Shown: positions 12,240 through 22,333, counted from the first letter of the stretch. The stretch is 64,000 nucleotides of DNA from an uncultured Candidatus Binatia bacterium (GCA_965215605.1 OZ244070.1:288001-352000), one strand, 5' to 3'. Translations and numbers: made by a program. The notes: generated by a model not told the origin, from the letters alone.

Positions 12240-13118
12240 ATGTTCAGCACACGTTACGACTACAGTCCGATCATTCACCGGCCACGGCTGGAGTGGCCCG
12301 GAGGAGCCCGCGTGGCGCTCTGGCTGGGCCCCAACATCGAGTGCTTCCACATCGACAAGGCCCTGCCGAGGGTCCCCGAGCCGCTGCCGGACGTGCAGTC
12401 CTATTCGCTCCGTGACTACGGCTCCCGGGTGGGTATTTTCCGCATGATGGAGGTGTTCGACCGCTACGACATGCGCGCCAGCGTGCTGCTCAACGCCGAG
12501 GTCTGCAACCAGCACCCGGCCATCATCGAAGAGGGCAACAAGCGTTCCTGGGAGTGGCTGGGCCACGGCATGAACAACAACACGCGGATGAACTCCTACG
12601 GCGCGAAGAAGCAGCGCAAGGTGATACGCAAGGTGCGCGACATCATCGCCCACGCCACCGGCAAGGCGCCCAAGGGCTGGCTGGGGCCGGGACTCTCGGA
12701 GACCCGCGACACGCCGGACTTCCTGGCCGCGGAGGGGTTCGAGTACTTGTGCGACTGGGGCCACGACGACCAGCCGGTGCCCATGCGGGTGGAGGCCGGC
12801 CGCATGGTCACCGTGCCGTACCAGCAGGGCATCAACGACATCTCCATGTTCGTCCACGCCAACCATACGCCGGCCGACTATTACCGGATCGTGTGCGACC
12901 AGTTCGACACCCTCTACCGGGAAGGCGCGAACGGCGGGCGGGTCATGTGCATCCCGCTGCACCCCTACGTCACCGCCATGCCCTTCCGCATCGGCGCCCT
13001 GGACCGCGCGCTGGACTACATCTGCTCCCACGACGGCGTCTGGAAGACCACCGCCGGCGACATCGCCGACTGGTACTACCAGCGCTACTACAAGGCCCCG
13101 GAGAAGCCGGACGACTAG
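12240..13118 (+). CDS. Polysaccharide deacetylase family (PuuE-like) hydrolase, paralog 1
   Basis: LEWPGGARVA, DYGSRVG, WLGHG, PKGWLGP, DDQP, PLHP. Confidence 0.88.
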   Translation: MFSTRYDYSPIIHRPRLEWPGGARVALWLGPNIECFHIDKALPRVPEPLPDVQSYSLRDYGSRVGIFRMMEVFDRYDMRASVLLNAEVCNQHPAIIEEGNKRSWEWLGHGMNNNTRMNSYGAKKQRKVIRKVRDIIAHATGKAPKGWLGPGLSETRDTPDFLAAEGFEYLCDWGHDDQPVPMRVEAGRMVTVPYQQGINDISMFVHANHTPADYYRIVCDQFDTLYREGANGGRVMCIPLHPYVTAMPFRIGALDRALDYICSHDGVWKTTAGDIADWYYQRYYKAPEKPDD

Positions 13119-13140
13119 ACACAACCGGGAGGTTACGGGA

Positions 13141-13953
13141 ATGGCAAAGGAATGGTCGACCCTGGTGCTGGAGCGGCCGGCCGGCGGCGTGGTGAGGCTC
13201 AACTTCAACCGGCCCGAGAAGCGCAATGCCCTCAACCGGGCGCTGACGGGCGAGATTCTCGAGGCCCTCGAGACCGTCCGATCGGATCCCGACGTCAGGG
13301 TCGTCATCACCCGCGGGAACGGACCGTGCTACTCCGCCGGGGCGGACCTCCATGATCTCCGGGCCATCCATGCCGAGCCGCCGCGGGACTGGGACCGCTC
13401 CCATCCCAACATGATGTTCTACGAAGCCTTCCGGAACTACCCCAAGGTCACCATCGCCCAGGTGCACGGCCACTGCCTGGGCGGCGGCATGGCGCTCATG
13501 ACCGCCCACGACATCGCCATCGCGGCGGACACCGCCAAGATCGGCATGCCCGAGATCCTGCGCGGCAGCTTCGGGCAGATGGCCCTGAGCTCCCTCTACC
13601 ACACCGGAATAACCGCCAAGAAGGCGGCCCTGATGCACTTCAGCGGGCGGAACTTCTCCGGCGCCGAAGCGGACCGGTTCGGCCTGGTATCGGCGTCGGT
13701 GCCCGAGGCCGAGCTCGATGAGGCGACCCTCCAACTCGCCGGGGAGATCGGCACCCGCCACCCCGCGGCCCTGGCCTGCGCCAAGATCGCGGTGCAGGTG
13801 GGCAAGGACCTTCCCCTGTCGCAGGCCCTGCGCACGGACCAACTCGTGGCCGCGCGCCAGCAGTTGATGATGGATTCGTTCTCGGACGTGGAGGAGTATC
13901 TACGGTCCCAGAGCGGCGGCACCAATACGGCCTACCGGCGCTCCGATACCTGA
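13141..13953 (+). CDS. Enoyl-CoA hydratase/isomerase family protein
   Basis: NRPEKRNAL, SAGADL, GHCLGGG, GMPEI. Confidence 0.9.
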   Translation: MAKEWSTLVLERPAGGVVRLNFNRPEKRNALNRALTGEILEALETVRSDPDVRVVITRGNGPCYSAGADLHDLRAIHAEPPRDWDRSHPNMMFYEAFRNYPKVTIAQVHGHCLGGGMALMTAHDIAIAADTAKIGMPEILRGSFGQMALSSLYHTGITAKKAALMHFSGRNFSGAEADRFGLVSASVPEAELDEATLQLAGEIGTRHPAALACAKIAVQVGKDLPLSQALRTDQLVAARQQLMMDSFSDVEEYLRSQSGGTNTAYRRSDT

Positions 13954-13971
13954 CCCGGCGTGAGGCCGGCC

Positions 13972-14067
13972 TCAGGCCTCGCCGATGGCCCACAGCCGGT
14001 GCAGAAAGACTTCATACCTGACGGGATCGATATCCAGAACCTGTCCCCGCGTTGTGTTCGTTGCCAT
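13972..14067 (-). pseudogene. 31-codon N-terminal remnant of a hydantoinase B/oxoprolinase gene
   Basis: IDPVRYEVFLHRLWAIGE resembles IDPITLEILSHRLYQIAR of the intact paralog starting at 57563; ATG overlaps the upstream stop (TGATG). Confidence 0.7.
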
Positions 14068-15194
14068 CAACCCGCGGTGAGCGACGCCGCCGCTTTCAGG
14101 ACCTCCGCGGCCCGGGAGACCATGCCTTCGACGATCTCGGCCGCGGGACGCACATCGTTCTCGCCCAGCAGCCCGGCGATCTGGCCGCCCGGGACGCTCA
14201 TGACGGCCACCCGGCTGCCGCTTTCCGCGGCCACCCGGAACTGGTCGTTGAGCACCCCCTGGAACGGCATCTCCAGCGCCTGCAGGCCCGATTCCTCCCA
14301 CTTGCGAATCACCGGGCTGCGGTAGTGGCGGCTGGGCTTGCCGCTGGGAAAGCGGTCGAGCACGAAGTCCTCGGTCCGGCCCCCGATGAGCTGGCTCTTG
14401 TAATCGGCGTGGATCTCGCTCTCTGCGCTGGCCAGGAACACCGTGCCGCACCACACCCCCACCGCCCCAAGGCTCAGCGCCGCCGCCAGGCCCCGGCCGT
14501 CGGCAATGCCGCCGGCCACCACCACGGGTGTGGGCTTCACGGCGTCCACCACCTGCGGGATCAGCGGGAAATTGGCGATCCTGCCGGTGTGGCCGCCGGC
14601 CTCGTAGCCCTGGGCGATGACCACGTCCACGCCGTTGGCCGCGTGCCCCACGGCCTGCTTGACGTTACCGCACAGCGCCAGCACCTTCATGCCCCGTTCG
14701 TGGGCCAGCGGCACCACCTGGGCGGTATCGCCGAGCCCCACCGCCAGCACCCGGACACCCTCCTCCAGGATCACGTCCAACTGGCGCTGCACCATGTCCG
14801 GGGTCTTGACCTTGGACCACGGATCCGGGCCCTGGGTCTCCAGCCCGAACTCCTCGATGGCGTCGCGCACGAAGCTTACGTGGTCGGGATGGGTCTGCTC
14901 CAGGAACTCCCGGACATTGCCGACGTCCGCGTAGGGCGTCTGCGCCAGCCGCGGCAGCGTGATGTCCACGCCGAAGGGCCGGTCGGTCAACTCCCGGGTG
15001 GCGCGGATGCGCTCCCGGATGAACTCCGGCTGAAGCGGGCTGCCGCCGATGACCCCCAGGCCGCCCGCGTTGGACACCGCCGCCACCAACCTGGGCGGGG
15101 TCGTGGAGCCGCGGCTGTCCCAGCCCATGCCCGCCTGGATGATCGGGTGCTCGATGCCGAGCACTTCGCACAAAGCAGTCTTCAGTTTCACCAT
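14067..15194 (-). CDS. Nitronate monooxygenase/FabK-like FMN oxidoreductase
   Basis: IEHPIIQAGM, AVSNAGGLG, QGYEAGGHTG, AGGIADGRG, GQIAGL. Confidence 0.9.
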   Translation of the reverse strand: MVKLKTALCEVLGIEHPIIQAGMGWDSRGSTTPPRLVAAVSNAGGLGVIGGSPLQPEFIRERIRATRELTDRPFGVDITLPRLAQTPYADVGNVREFLEQTHPDHVSFVRDAIEEFGLETQGPDPWSKVKTPDMVQRQLDVILEEGVRVLAVGLGDTAQVVPLAHERGMKVLALCGNVKQAVGHAANGVDVVIAQGYEAGGHTGRIANFPLIPQVVDAVKPTPVVVAGGIADGRGLAAALSLGAVGVWCGTVFLASAESEIHADYKSQLIGGRTEDFVLDRFPSGKPSRHYRSPVIRKWEESGLQALEMPFQGVLNDQFRVAAESGSRVAVMSVPGGQIAGLLGENDVRPAAEIVEGMVSRAAEVLKAAASLTAG

Positions 15195-15369
15195 GCCGCC
15201 TCCACTACATGTCTTGAGGTCCCTGATCCTCTAACCCGAACCGGCATGCATTGCCAACGGGCGCGAGGACCCCGCTCGTGGACAGCCGCGACCGAACCGT
15301 GCTAGGGCCTGTCCCAACGGACGCGACCCGATTGCTCCGAACGGAACACCCAACTCACGAGGGCATGAC

Positions 15370-16251
15370 ATGGAGAACCGCCGCTACGACTATCAGCCCA
15401 TCACCGCACGGCCCGGGCTCAAGTGGCCCAACGACGCCAGGGTGGCTGTCTGGGTGAGCCCCAACATCGAGTACTTCCACATCGACCAGCCGATCCCCAA
15501 TTTCGGCATGTCCCAGGTCCCGGACGTGCGCGGCTACTCCCAGCGCGACTACGGCGCCCGGGTGGGCGTCTTCAGGATGATGGAGGTGCTGGACAAGTAC
15601 GGCATCCGCGCCAGCGCCCAGTTGAACTCCGAGGTCTGCAAGCATCACCGGGAAATCGTCGAGGAGGGCATCAAGCGGGACTGGGAGTGGCTGGGCCACG
15701 GCGTCACCAACAACCTTCCCCTGACCGCCTATCCCGCCGACGACGAGTCCTCCGTCATACGGCAGGTACGCGACGAGATCGCCGCCGCCACCGGCAAGGC
15801 GCCCCGGGGTTGGCTCGGACCCGCTTTGGCCGAAACCTTCGACACCCCGGACCACCTGGCGGCGGCGGGCTTCGACTACCTGTGCGACTGGGGCTTCGAC
15901 GACCAGCCCGTGGCCATGCGAGTCGAGACCGGCCGCATGATCGTCATCCCCTACGAGCAGGGCCTCAACGACATCAACTTCTTCCTGCGCTCCAACTACA
16001 CCCCCAGGGAATATCTGCGGCAGGTCTGCGACCAGTTCGACGTGCTTTACCGGGACGGCGAGCGCAGCGGCACGGTGTTGTGCATCCCGTTGCACCCCTT
16101 CATTATCGGCGTCCCCCTCCGCATCAAGTACCTCGACCTCGCGCTGGAGTACATCTGCTCACACGACGGCGTGTGGCTGACCACCGGGGGAGAGATCGCG
16201 GACTGGTACTACCAGCGCTACTACGAGGATCCGGGGAAGCCGGACTCTTGA
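15370..16251 (+). CDS. Polysaccharide deacetylase family (PuuE-like) hydrolase, paralog 2
   Basis: Same motifs as 12240-13118, colinear along the whole length. Confidence 0.88.
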   Translation: MENRRYDYQPITARPGLKWPNDARVAVWVSPNIEYFHIDQPIPNFGMSQVPDVRGYSQRDYGARVGVFRMMEVLDKYGIRASAQLNSEVCKHHREIVEEGIKRDWEWLGHGVTNNLPLTAYPADDESSVIRQVRDEIAAATGKAPRGWLGPALAETFDTPDHLAAAGFDYLCDWGFDDQPVAMRVETGRMIVIPYEQGLNDINFFLRSNYTPREYLRQVCDQFDVLYRDGERSGTVLCIPLHPFIIGVPLRIKYLDLALEYICSHDGVWLTTGGEIADWYYQRYYEDPGKPDS

Positions 16252-16313
16252 ATGCGCTTGGGTAAGGATGCCGCGGCATTGTAATCACATATTCAACCAC
16301 GCCAAGACCCTTC

Positions 16314-17252
16314 ATGGCCCACTCGTTCGAGATCATCCCGCGGGCTCCGTATTCGTTCGACTTCACCGTGGCGCGCTTCATGCGCTTCACGAGCGAGAAC
16401 GTCGACCTCGTGGAGGGCGGGCGGTACCGGCGCCTGCTGGCCGCCGGCCGCCAACTCGCGCTGGCCACCGTGACCAACGCCGGGACGGTGGCCAGGCCGC
16501 AGCTGGCGGTGGCGCTGCACAGCCCCTCCAGAGTCCCGCTCAAGCTCGCCGAGTTCGAGAGGCAGCTTCGGCACATCCTGTGTACGGACCTCGATCTCCA
16601 GCCGTTCTACCGCATGGCGCGCGCGGACGGAATGCTGGCGCCGATGGCGGGCCGGTTCCGCGGGCTACGCATCACCGCGAGCCCGACGCTTTTCGAGGCG
16701 CTGGTCACCGCCGTCCTCTCCCAGCAGGTCAACCTGACCTTCGCGTACTCCATCAAGCAGGCGCTGGTCGAAAGCTTCGGCCGCCGGTGGCGCCGGCAAG
16801 GGACCGTCTACCACGCGTTTCCCGAGCCGCGCCGGTTCGCCGCACAGACGCTGGAAGCCATGCGCGGCTTCCGGCTGAGCAACGCCAAGGCTGCCACGCT
16901 GATCCGCCTCGGCGAGGCCTTCGCCTTCGATCCCACGCTCCGCGGGTTGACCGCATTGTCCGATGAACAGATCGTGGAGCGGCTGACCGCCATCAAGGGC
17001 ATCGGCCGCTGGTCCGCCGAGATCGCGCTGATGCGCGGACTGGCACGCCCGGACACGTTCCCGGCCGGCGACCTGGGCGTGGTCAAGTATGTGGCCCAGG
17101 GCCTGCTGGGCAGGACCGGCAAGGCCACCGAGGACGAGATGCGCGCCTTTGCCGAACGCTGGCGGCCCTACCGCGCCCTGGCCTTGGCCTATTGCTACGC
17201 CGAGCTGGCGGTACGCCGGGGCGCCTCCACACCGGGGATCGCCGCCGATTAG
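16314..17252 (+). CDS. alkA: AlkA-family DNA-3-methyladenine glycosylase II (HhH-GPD)
   Basis: VLSQQV, LTAIKGIGRWSA helix-hairpin-helix, FPAGDLG, WRPYR. Confidence 0.88.
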   Translation: MAHSFEIIPRAPYSFDFTVARFMRFTSENVDLVEGGRYRRLLAAGRQLALATVTNAGTVARPQLAVALHSPSRVPLKLAEFERQLRHILCTDLDLQPFYRMARADGMLAPMAGRFRGLRITASPTLFEALVTAVLSQQVNLTFAYSIKQALVESFGRRWRRQGTVYHAFPEPRRFAAQTLEAMRGFRLSNAKAATLIRLGEAFAFDPTLRGLTALSDEQIVERLTAIKGIGRWSAEIALMRGLARPDTFPAGDLGVVKYVAQGLLGRTGKATEDEMRAFAERWRPYRALALAYCYAELAVRRGASTPGIAAD

Positions 17253-17381
17253 GGAGAGTCCAAGCCTGCGCTCCCGGGCAACGGCCCCTTTCTCCACGCT
17301 CCACTGTTGTCATTGGCGCCGATCTGTTGAATGCTGGACGGAACGAGAAGCGAACTCCCCGGCCCTACCCACGCGAACGAC

Positions 17382-18509
17382 ATGTCGAATACGTCCGACG
17401 ATCCCGGAAACACAGACCAGACACTGTCCATCATCGTGCCGACGTTCCGCGAAGCAGCCAACATTGCCCCGCTGGCCGGGCGCATCGCCGGGGCGCTGTC
17501 CGGCACGGGCATCGAGTGGGAGCTGTTGCTGGTGGACGACGACTCCGGCGACGGCAGCGAGGCCGTGGCCGCCGAGCTTGCCCGGCGCCTGCCCGTGCGC
17601 ATGATCGTCCGCCGCGAGCCGCCCCGGGACCTGTCCCTGGCGGTGATCGAGGGCATCCGGCAGTGCCGCTTCGACCGCCTGGTGGTGATGGACGCGGACC
17701 TGTCGCATCCCCCCGAGAGCATCGTGGACCTGCTGGCGGCGCTGGACGCGGGCTGCGACATGGTCATCGGCAGCCGCTATGTGCCCGGCGGCGTGATCGA
17801 CCGCTCATGGGGTCTCTACCGCGCGCTGAACTCACGGCTTGCGACCTGGCTGACGCGACCTCTGGTGAAATGCGCCGACCCCATGTCGGGGTTCTTCGCC
17901 ACGCGGCGCGGCGCCCTGCCCGATCTCCCGACCGTGCGGCCCATGGGGTACAAGATCGCCCTGGACCTCATGGTGCGCGGACGGCTGCGGGTGCGGGAGG
18001 TCCCCATCGAGTTCCGCGACCGGAGCCAGGGTTTCAGCAAGATGAACTGGCGGCAGCAGGTCCGGTTCCTGCGCCACCTGTCGGGGCTGTACAATCACAG
18101 GTTCGGCAGCATGGCGCGCGTCCCGTTCTTCAGCGCGGTGGGGCTCAGCGGCCTTGCCATCGACCTTGCCTGCTATCTCGGCCTCCAGTGGGCCGGGGTC
18201 GAGCACCGGCTGGCGCGCCTGCTGTCCTTCGGGCCGGCGGCCGGTTGGAACTGGGCCCTGAACCGCGGCCTGACCTTCAGCGAGCGGGCGCGACAGCCCC
18301 ACCTCGGGCAGTTGGCCAGATCCATGGCGAGCAGTCTCGCCGGACTCGGGGTGAATGTCGGCAGCTACGCGCTGGCAACGAGCTACGTGGATATGTTCGA
18401 CCGCCACCGGCTGCTGGCCTTCTTTTGCGGCGTCGGCCTCGGCAGCATCGTCAACTTCGTGGTGGCCGATCTTTACGTCTACAAGCGTCGCGCCCAACCC
18501 GGACGCTGA
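17382..18509 (+). CDS. GT2 polyprenol-phosphate glycosyltransferase fused to a GtrA domain
   Basis: SIIVPTFREA, VDDDSGDGS, VMDADLSHPP, GSRY, DPMSGFF; four C-terminal TM segments; start uncertain. Confidence 0.88.
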   Translation: MSNTSDDPGNTDQTLSIIVPTFREAANIAPLAGRIAGALSGTGIEWELLLVDDDSGDGSEAVAAELARRLPVRMIVRREPPRDLSLAVIEGIRQCRFDRLVVMDADLSHPPESIVDLLAALDAGCDMVIGSRYVPGGVIDRSWGLYRALNSRLATWLTRPLVKCADPMSGFFATRRGALPDLPTVRPMGYKIALDLMVRGRLRVREVPIEFRDRSQGFSKMNWRQQVRFLRHLSGLYNHRFGSMARVPFFSAVGLSGLAIDLACYLGLQWAGVEHRLARLLSFGPAAGWNWALNRGLTFSERARQPHLGQLARSMASSLAGLGVNVGSYALATSYVDMFDRHRLLAFFCGVGLGSIVNFVVADLYVYKRRAQPGR

Positions 18510-18586
18510 ACGGCGCCGGCGAGCCAGTGTCGTGTCCCGCGTAAACGTTGACAAAGAACCGCAGGATTTTTGCGTGGGACAGGACG

Positions 18587-20047
18587 CTATTCCTCCCGCT
18601 CCGGACCGCCCGGGTCCGCGCGTCCGTAGGCATCCTCGTAGCGGACGATGTCGTCCTCTTCCAGGTAAGCGCCCAGTTGCACCTCCACCAGCTCCAGGGA
18701 CACCTTGCCGGGGTTTTCGATCCGGTGCTTCGTTCCCTTGGGGATATCGGTGAACTGATTCTCCGACAACGTGAACGTTTCGTCCCCGCGGGTGACCCGC
18801 GCGGTGCCGCGCACGACGACCCAGTGCTCGGCGCGGTGGCGATGGGACTGCAGGGACAGGGCGTGGCCGGCATGGACGGTGATGTGCTTCACCTTGAAAC
18901 CGTCGCCGCGGTACACGTCGTCGAAGGCGCCCCAGGGTCGATGGACCTTGCGGTGGAGCCGGTGCTCGGTCCCGCCCGCCGAGCTGAGCCTTGCCACCAC
19001 CTTTCCGATATCCTGAATTCCGTTCCTGTCCGCCACCAGCACCGCGTCCGCGGTGTCGACGATGACGAGGCCGGACACCCCGACCGCGGCCACCGGGCGC
19101 TTTTCGGCGCGGATGTAGGTGTCACGCACCCCTTCCAGGAGGGTGTTTCCGCGGGCCACGTTGCCGGCGGCATCGCTTTCACCGAGATCGGCCAGCGCCG
19201 CCCAGGAACCCACGTCCGACCAATCGGCCGCGAGCGGCACCATCGCCGCGCCGGACGTGTGTTCCATGACCGCGTGGTCCGCCGACAGCGCCGGCGACCG
19301 GCCGAGTGACTCCGCCTCCAGCCGCAGGCAGCCGGCGTCCGCCGCCGCCCTCCCGTGGGCCCGTTCCACGGCTTCGCGGACGGCCGGCGCGTGAACGCCC
19401 AGCTCCCGCAGGTATCCCGAGGCCGGAAACACGAACATGCCGCTGTTCCAGTAGTAGCCGCCCTCTTCGAGATAGCGCGCGGCCGCCGCGGCATCCGGCT
19501 TCTCGACGAACCGCTCCACCCGGCGGCCGTGCTCGCTGACGCCGGTGGGGCCGCCGGCCTTGATGTAGCCGTACCCGGTCTCCGCACGGGCCGGAGCGAC
19601 GCCGAAGGTGACGAGATGGCCGGCGGCGGCTTCCCGGACGGCGGCCCTCACCGCGCCGGCGAACCGACTCTCGTCACCGATCACATGATCCGCCGGCAGC
19701 ACCAGCAGGAGGGGGTCTTCGCCGTCGTGGTCCAGGGCCAGCGCTTCCAGGGCCGCGGCGGCGATGGCCGGGGCGGTGTTTCGTCCCGACGGCTCCAACA
19801 GCACGGCGGATGGCGTGACATCGATGGCGCGGAGCTGCTCGGCCACGATGAAGCGGTGAGCCTCGTTGCACACCACGATGGGTCCGCGAGCCTCGCCGAG
19901 TGCGGCCAGGCGGCGGGCGGTGGCCTGCAACAGGCTGCGCTCCTCCACCAGCGGGAGAAACTGCTTGGGATGAAGCTCACGGGAAAGGGGCCAGAGCCGG
20001 GTACCGGCGCCGCCCGAGAGAATCACGGGGAAGAGGACTTGGCTCAT
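18587..20047 (-). CDS. manC: Mannose-1-phosphate guanylyltransferase/mannose-6-phosphate isomerase
   Basis: PVILSGGAGTRLWPLSR..PKQF, GRNTAPA, FVEKP, WSDVGSW; C-terminal cupin SLQSHRHRAEHW. Confidence 0.93.
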   Translation of the reverse strand: MSQVLFPVILSGGAGTRLWPLSRELHPKQFLPLVEERSLLQATARRLAALGEARGPIVVCNEAHRFIVAEQLRAIDVTPSAVLLEPSGRNTAPAIAAAALEALALDHDGEDPLLLVLPADHVIGDESRFAGAVRAAVREAAAGHLVTFGVAPARAETGYGYIKAGGPTGVSEHGRRVERFVEKPDAAAAARYLEEGGYYWNSGMFVFPASGYLRELGVHAPAVREAVERAHGRAAADAGCLRLEAESLGRSPALSADHAVMEHTSGAAMVPLAADWSDVGSWAALADLGESDAAGNVARGNTLLEGVRDTYIRAEKRPVAAVGVSGLVIVDTADAVLVADRNGIQDIGKVVARLSSAGGTEHRLHRKVHRPWGAFDDVYRGDGFKVKHITVHAGHALSLQSHRHRAEHWVVVRGTARVTRGDETFTLSENQFTDIPKGTKHRIENPGKVSLELVEVQLGAYLEEDDIVRYEDAYGRADPGGPEREE

Positions 20048-20170
20048 GGAAGTGGACTCGAAAGCAAAGGCCTGAAACGCCTGTGGTCGACTATACCAGA
20101 GACACGGCGCCCACAAACAGGCTCACGGGCGCGCCGTGATCGGCGGGACGGCGTGCTCCGGAAGCCGGCA

Positions 20171-20824
20171 TCATTCGCGCGTGGCGCCCCGAAGCGAAAC
20201 CGCACCCCGTATGACCCGCCGGTTCCACCAGACGATCAAGGGCGTGATGAGGAGGGTGGGCAGAATCCATGCCAGCCATGCCGGGTCGCTTTCCACGTTG
20301 ACCACCACCACGGCGGTGACGGTGGCGATGGTGCCCGCCAGCATGTTGGTGAGGTGCCGGGCGATGCGTTGCCGGCCGGAGCGAAGCGGCCCCCGGTGAT
20401 GCCGCAGGTCGGCGGCGCTCAGGGCCAGTGCGATGAAACCGAACAGCGCCATGGTGATCCACTGGGAGCTGCCCCGCAGGAGAAGCGTGGCGCCGTAGCC
20501 CCACATGCCCAACCCGGTGAGCCCCATGACCGCGACGGCGGCCCAGTCCACTGCCCGCGGGCGTCCGCTCGCGTTCCGGGCGAAGCGCCAGCCGGCGAAC
20601 ACGAGATAGAAACTGAAAACGGCCACCAGCAGCAGCACGACATCGGACCCGAGCACGGCCAGCGGCAGCGCGCTCACGCACACCACCGCCATGGACGCGG
20701 CATAGACCCGCCCCGCCCTTATGTGAGGCGACCCTCCCTTTGCCGTGACGAGCGCAATGGCCGCGGCGGCCATCGCCGCCGAACCGGCGGCGATGTGAAT
20801 CACCAGGAGAAGGCTGCCGGGCAT
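20171..20824 (-). CDS. DUF2306-like membrane protein
   Basis: IHIAAG, KGGSPHIRAGRVY, RHLTNMLAGTIA; multiple TM segments. Confidence 0.7.
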   Translation of the reverse strand: MPGSLLLVIHIAAGSAAMAAAAIALVTAKGGSPHIRAGRVYAASMAVVCVSALPLAVLGSDVVLLLVAVFSFYLVFAGWRFARNASGRPRAVDWAAVAVMGLTGLGMWGYGATLLLRGSSQWITMALFGFIALALSAADLRHHRGPLRSGRQRIARHLTNMLAGTIATVTAVVVVNVESDPAWLAWILPTLLITPLIVWWNRRVIRGAVSLRGATRE

Positions 20825-20874
20825 GTCACATGCTCCACAGGGGCCGAGGGTCCCTGACTCCTGACCGGTTGCCG

Positions 20875-21699
20875 TCAACGCCAGATGTCGAACCGGCGGA
20901 CAAGGGCCAGCCGGATGATCACCAGGTGGTTCTCGATCTTGTAGGGACAGGCCGTTCGAGGCCCTCCGGGTCCGCACGGATTGTTCCCGGACCGGTTGAC
21001 GTAGCGGGTGGTGCGGCCGAAACCCAGATACGAACCGTCCAGCCGCCACCTCCAGGAGTCCAGCGCCGGGGTCTCGATACCGAGGCCGAGGACCCACCCG
21101 ACTCGCGTCGCGCCGTGGTAAAAGGAGTCGTCGGGATCCTTGTGCCGCGGTATGTTCCGGGTGGAATCGAAGTCGATGTCGGTCAGGGAGTTCGTGATCC
21201 TCGCCACGGCCGCTCCGCCGTTGATGAAGATCGTCACCGGGCCTTCCTGGTGCTCCAGCCCCAGACGCGCCGTGGCCGCCCATCGGACGGCTGTTTTCGC
21301 GGTCTCGTCCCGGCCGGCGGGGTCGACCCGGTCGGTGCTCGCCGACATCTTGCCGAAGATGCCGTCGACCTCGATCCTGAACCGCGCGCCGTTCAGTTCG
21401 AACTTCCTTCCCAGCAACAGACCTCCGACCAGGTCGGCGCCGTCGTAGTCGGTGGACCAACCGGGCCGGCCAAAGTTACCGAAACCAGACGGGTCGATGA
21501 TGCGATTTTCGGACCGGCCGCCGCCGAGGAAGATGCCTCCATAACCTTCCCCCCAGGACACCTCCCCGCGCGCGCCGCCGGCGCCGGCAAGGAGCAGGAG
21601 GGCCGACGCCATGAGCACCGCGAGGAGACGGGAAGTTCCGTTTCCTCGTTCCCGACCGACGGCTGGGGTGGGGCAGACCATGTCGAGCAATGTTATCAT
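20875..21699 (-). CDS. Outer-membrane beta-barrel protein (Omp25/31-like)
   Basis: Signal-like segment, WGEGYGGIFLGGG, ATARLG, GWVLGLGIE, aromatic C-terminal strand; start uncertain. Confidence 0.75.
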   Translation of the reverse strand: MITLLDMVCPTPAVGRERGNGTSRLLAVLMASALLLLAGAGGARGEVSWGEGYGGIFLGGGRSENRIIDPSGFGNFGRPGWSTDYDGADLVGGLLLGRKFELNGARFRIEVDGIFGKMSASTDRVDPAGRDETAKTAVRWAATARLGLEHQEGPVTIFINGGAAVARITNSLTDIDFDSTRNIPRHKDPDDSFYHGATRVGWVLGLGIETPALDSWRWRLDGSYLGFGRTTRYVNRSGNNPCGPGGPRTACPYKIENHLVIIRLALVRRFDIWR

Positions 21700-21751
21700 G
21701 AACGTCCATCAATGCAGAAACCGGCGCCTCGGCGGACAGGACACGGGTGCG

Positions 21752-21780
21752 TTGACGGACGGCAGCGCCCTGAATATAAT
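21752..21780 (+). promoter_or_regulatory. Near-consensus sigma70 promoter
   Basis: TTGACG-17 nt-TATAAT upstream of the MOSC gene. Confidence 0.75.
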
Positions 21781-21782
21781 CC

Positions 21783-21830
21783 CACAAACGAGCAAGCCCG
21801 CTGGAAGTCCAGGGGGCTTGCTCGTTTGTG
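21783..21830. repeat. 48-bp palindrome/hairpin
   Basis: CACAAACGAGCAAGCCC ... GGGCTTGCTCGTTTGTG perfect 17-bp arms plus inner CTGG/CCAG. Confidence 0.9.
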
Positions 21831-21872
21831 ACCAAGGCGCCGCACAGACCCGCGGGGGCACCGGGGAGCACG

Positions 21873-22325
21873 ATGGGTACCGTCCACGAGATCTACGTCA
21901 CACCGGAAGGCAGCGCCCGCATGCGGCGGGTCGATGAGGCCGAGGCCGTGGCCAGCATGGGACTCAAGGGCGACCGTTACTGCGAGCGGACCGGCTACTA
22001 CAGCGGCTGGGACGAGTGTCAGGTGACTCTCATCGAAGCCGAGGAGCTTGAGGCCATCGCGGCCGACTCGGGCCTCCAGGTGCTCAACGGGGAGCACCGG
22101 CGCAACATCGTCACCCGGGGCATCCACTTGGCCGAGCTGGCGGGAAACGCGTTTCGCGCCGGAGAAGCGGTCCTGGCGTTCGATCGGCCGCGCCCGCCGT
22201 GCGCCTATATCCAGTCCATCACCGAACCGGGCATGACCCGGGCCCTGGCCGGCAAGAGCGGCATCTGCGCGCTGGTGGTCAAGGGCGGCGTCATCCGGCC
22301 CGGCGACGAAATCGCCGTGCTCTGA
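21873..22325 (+). CDS. MOSC domain protein
   Basis: GLKGDRY, QVTLIE, RRNIVTRG, RPPC, GVIRPGD. Confidence 0.9.
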   Translation: MGTVHEIYVTPEGSARMRRVDEAEAVASMGLKGDRYCERTGYYSGWDECQVTLIEAEELEAIAADSGLQVLNGEHRRNIVTRGIHLAELAGNAFRAGEAVLAFDRPRPPCAYIQSITEPGMTRALAGKSGICALVVKGGVIRPGDEIAVL

Positions 22326-22333
22326 CCACGGCA

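Noticed and set aside
13972-13974. Selenocysteine or readthrough at the TGA of the hydantoinase stub
   Set aside because: The downstream sequence runs into the antisense of the crotonase gene with no continued homology.
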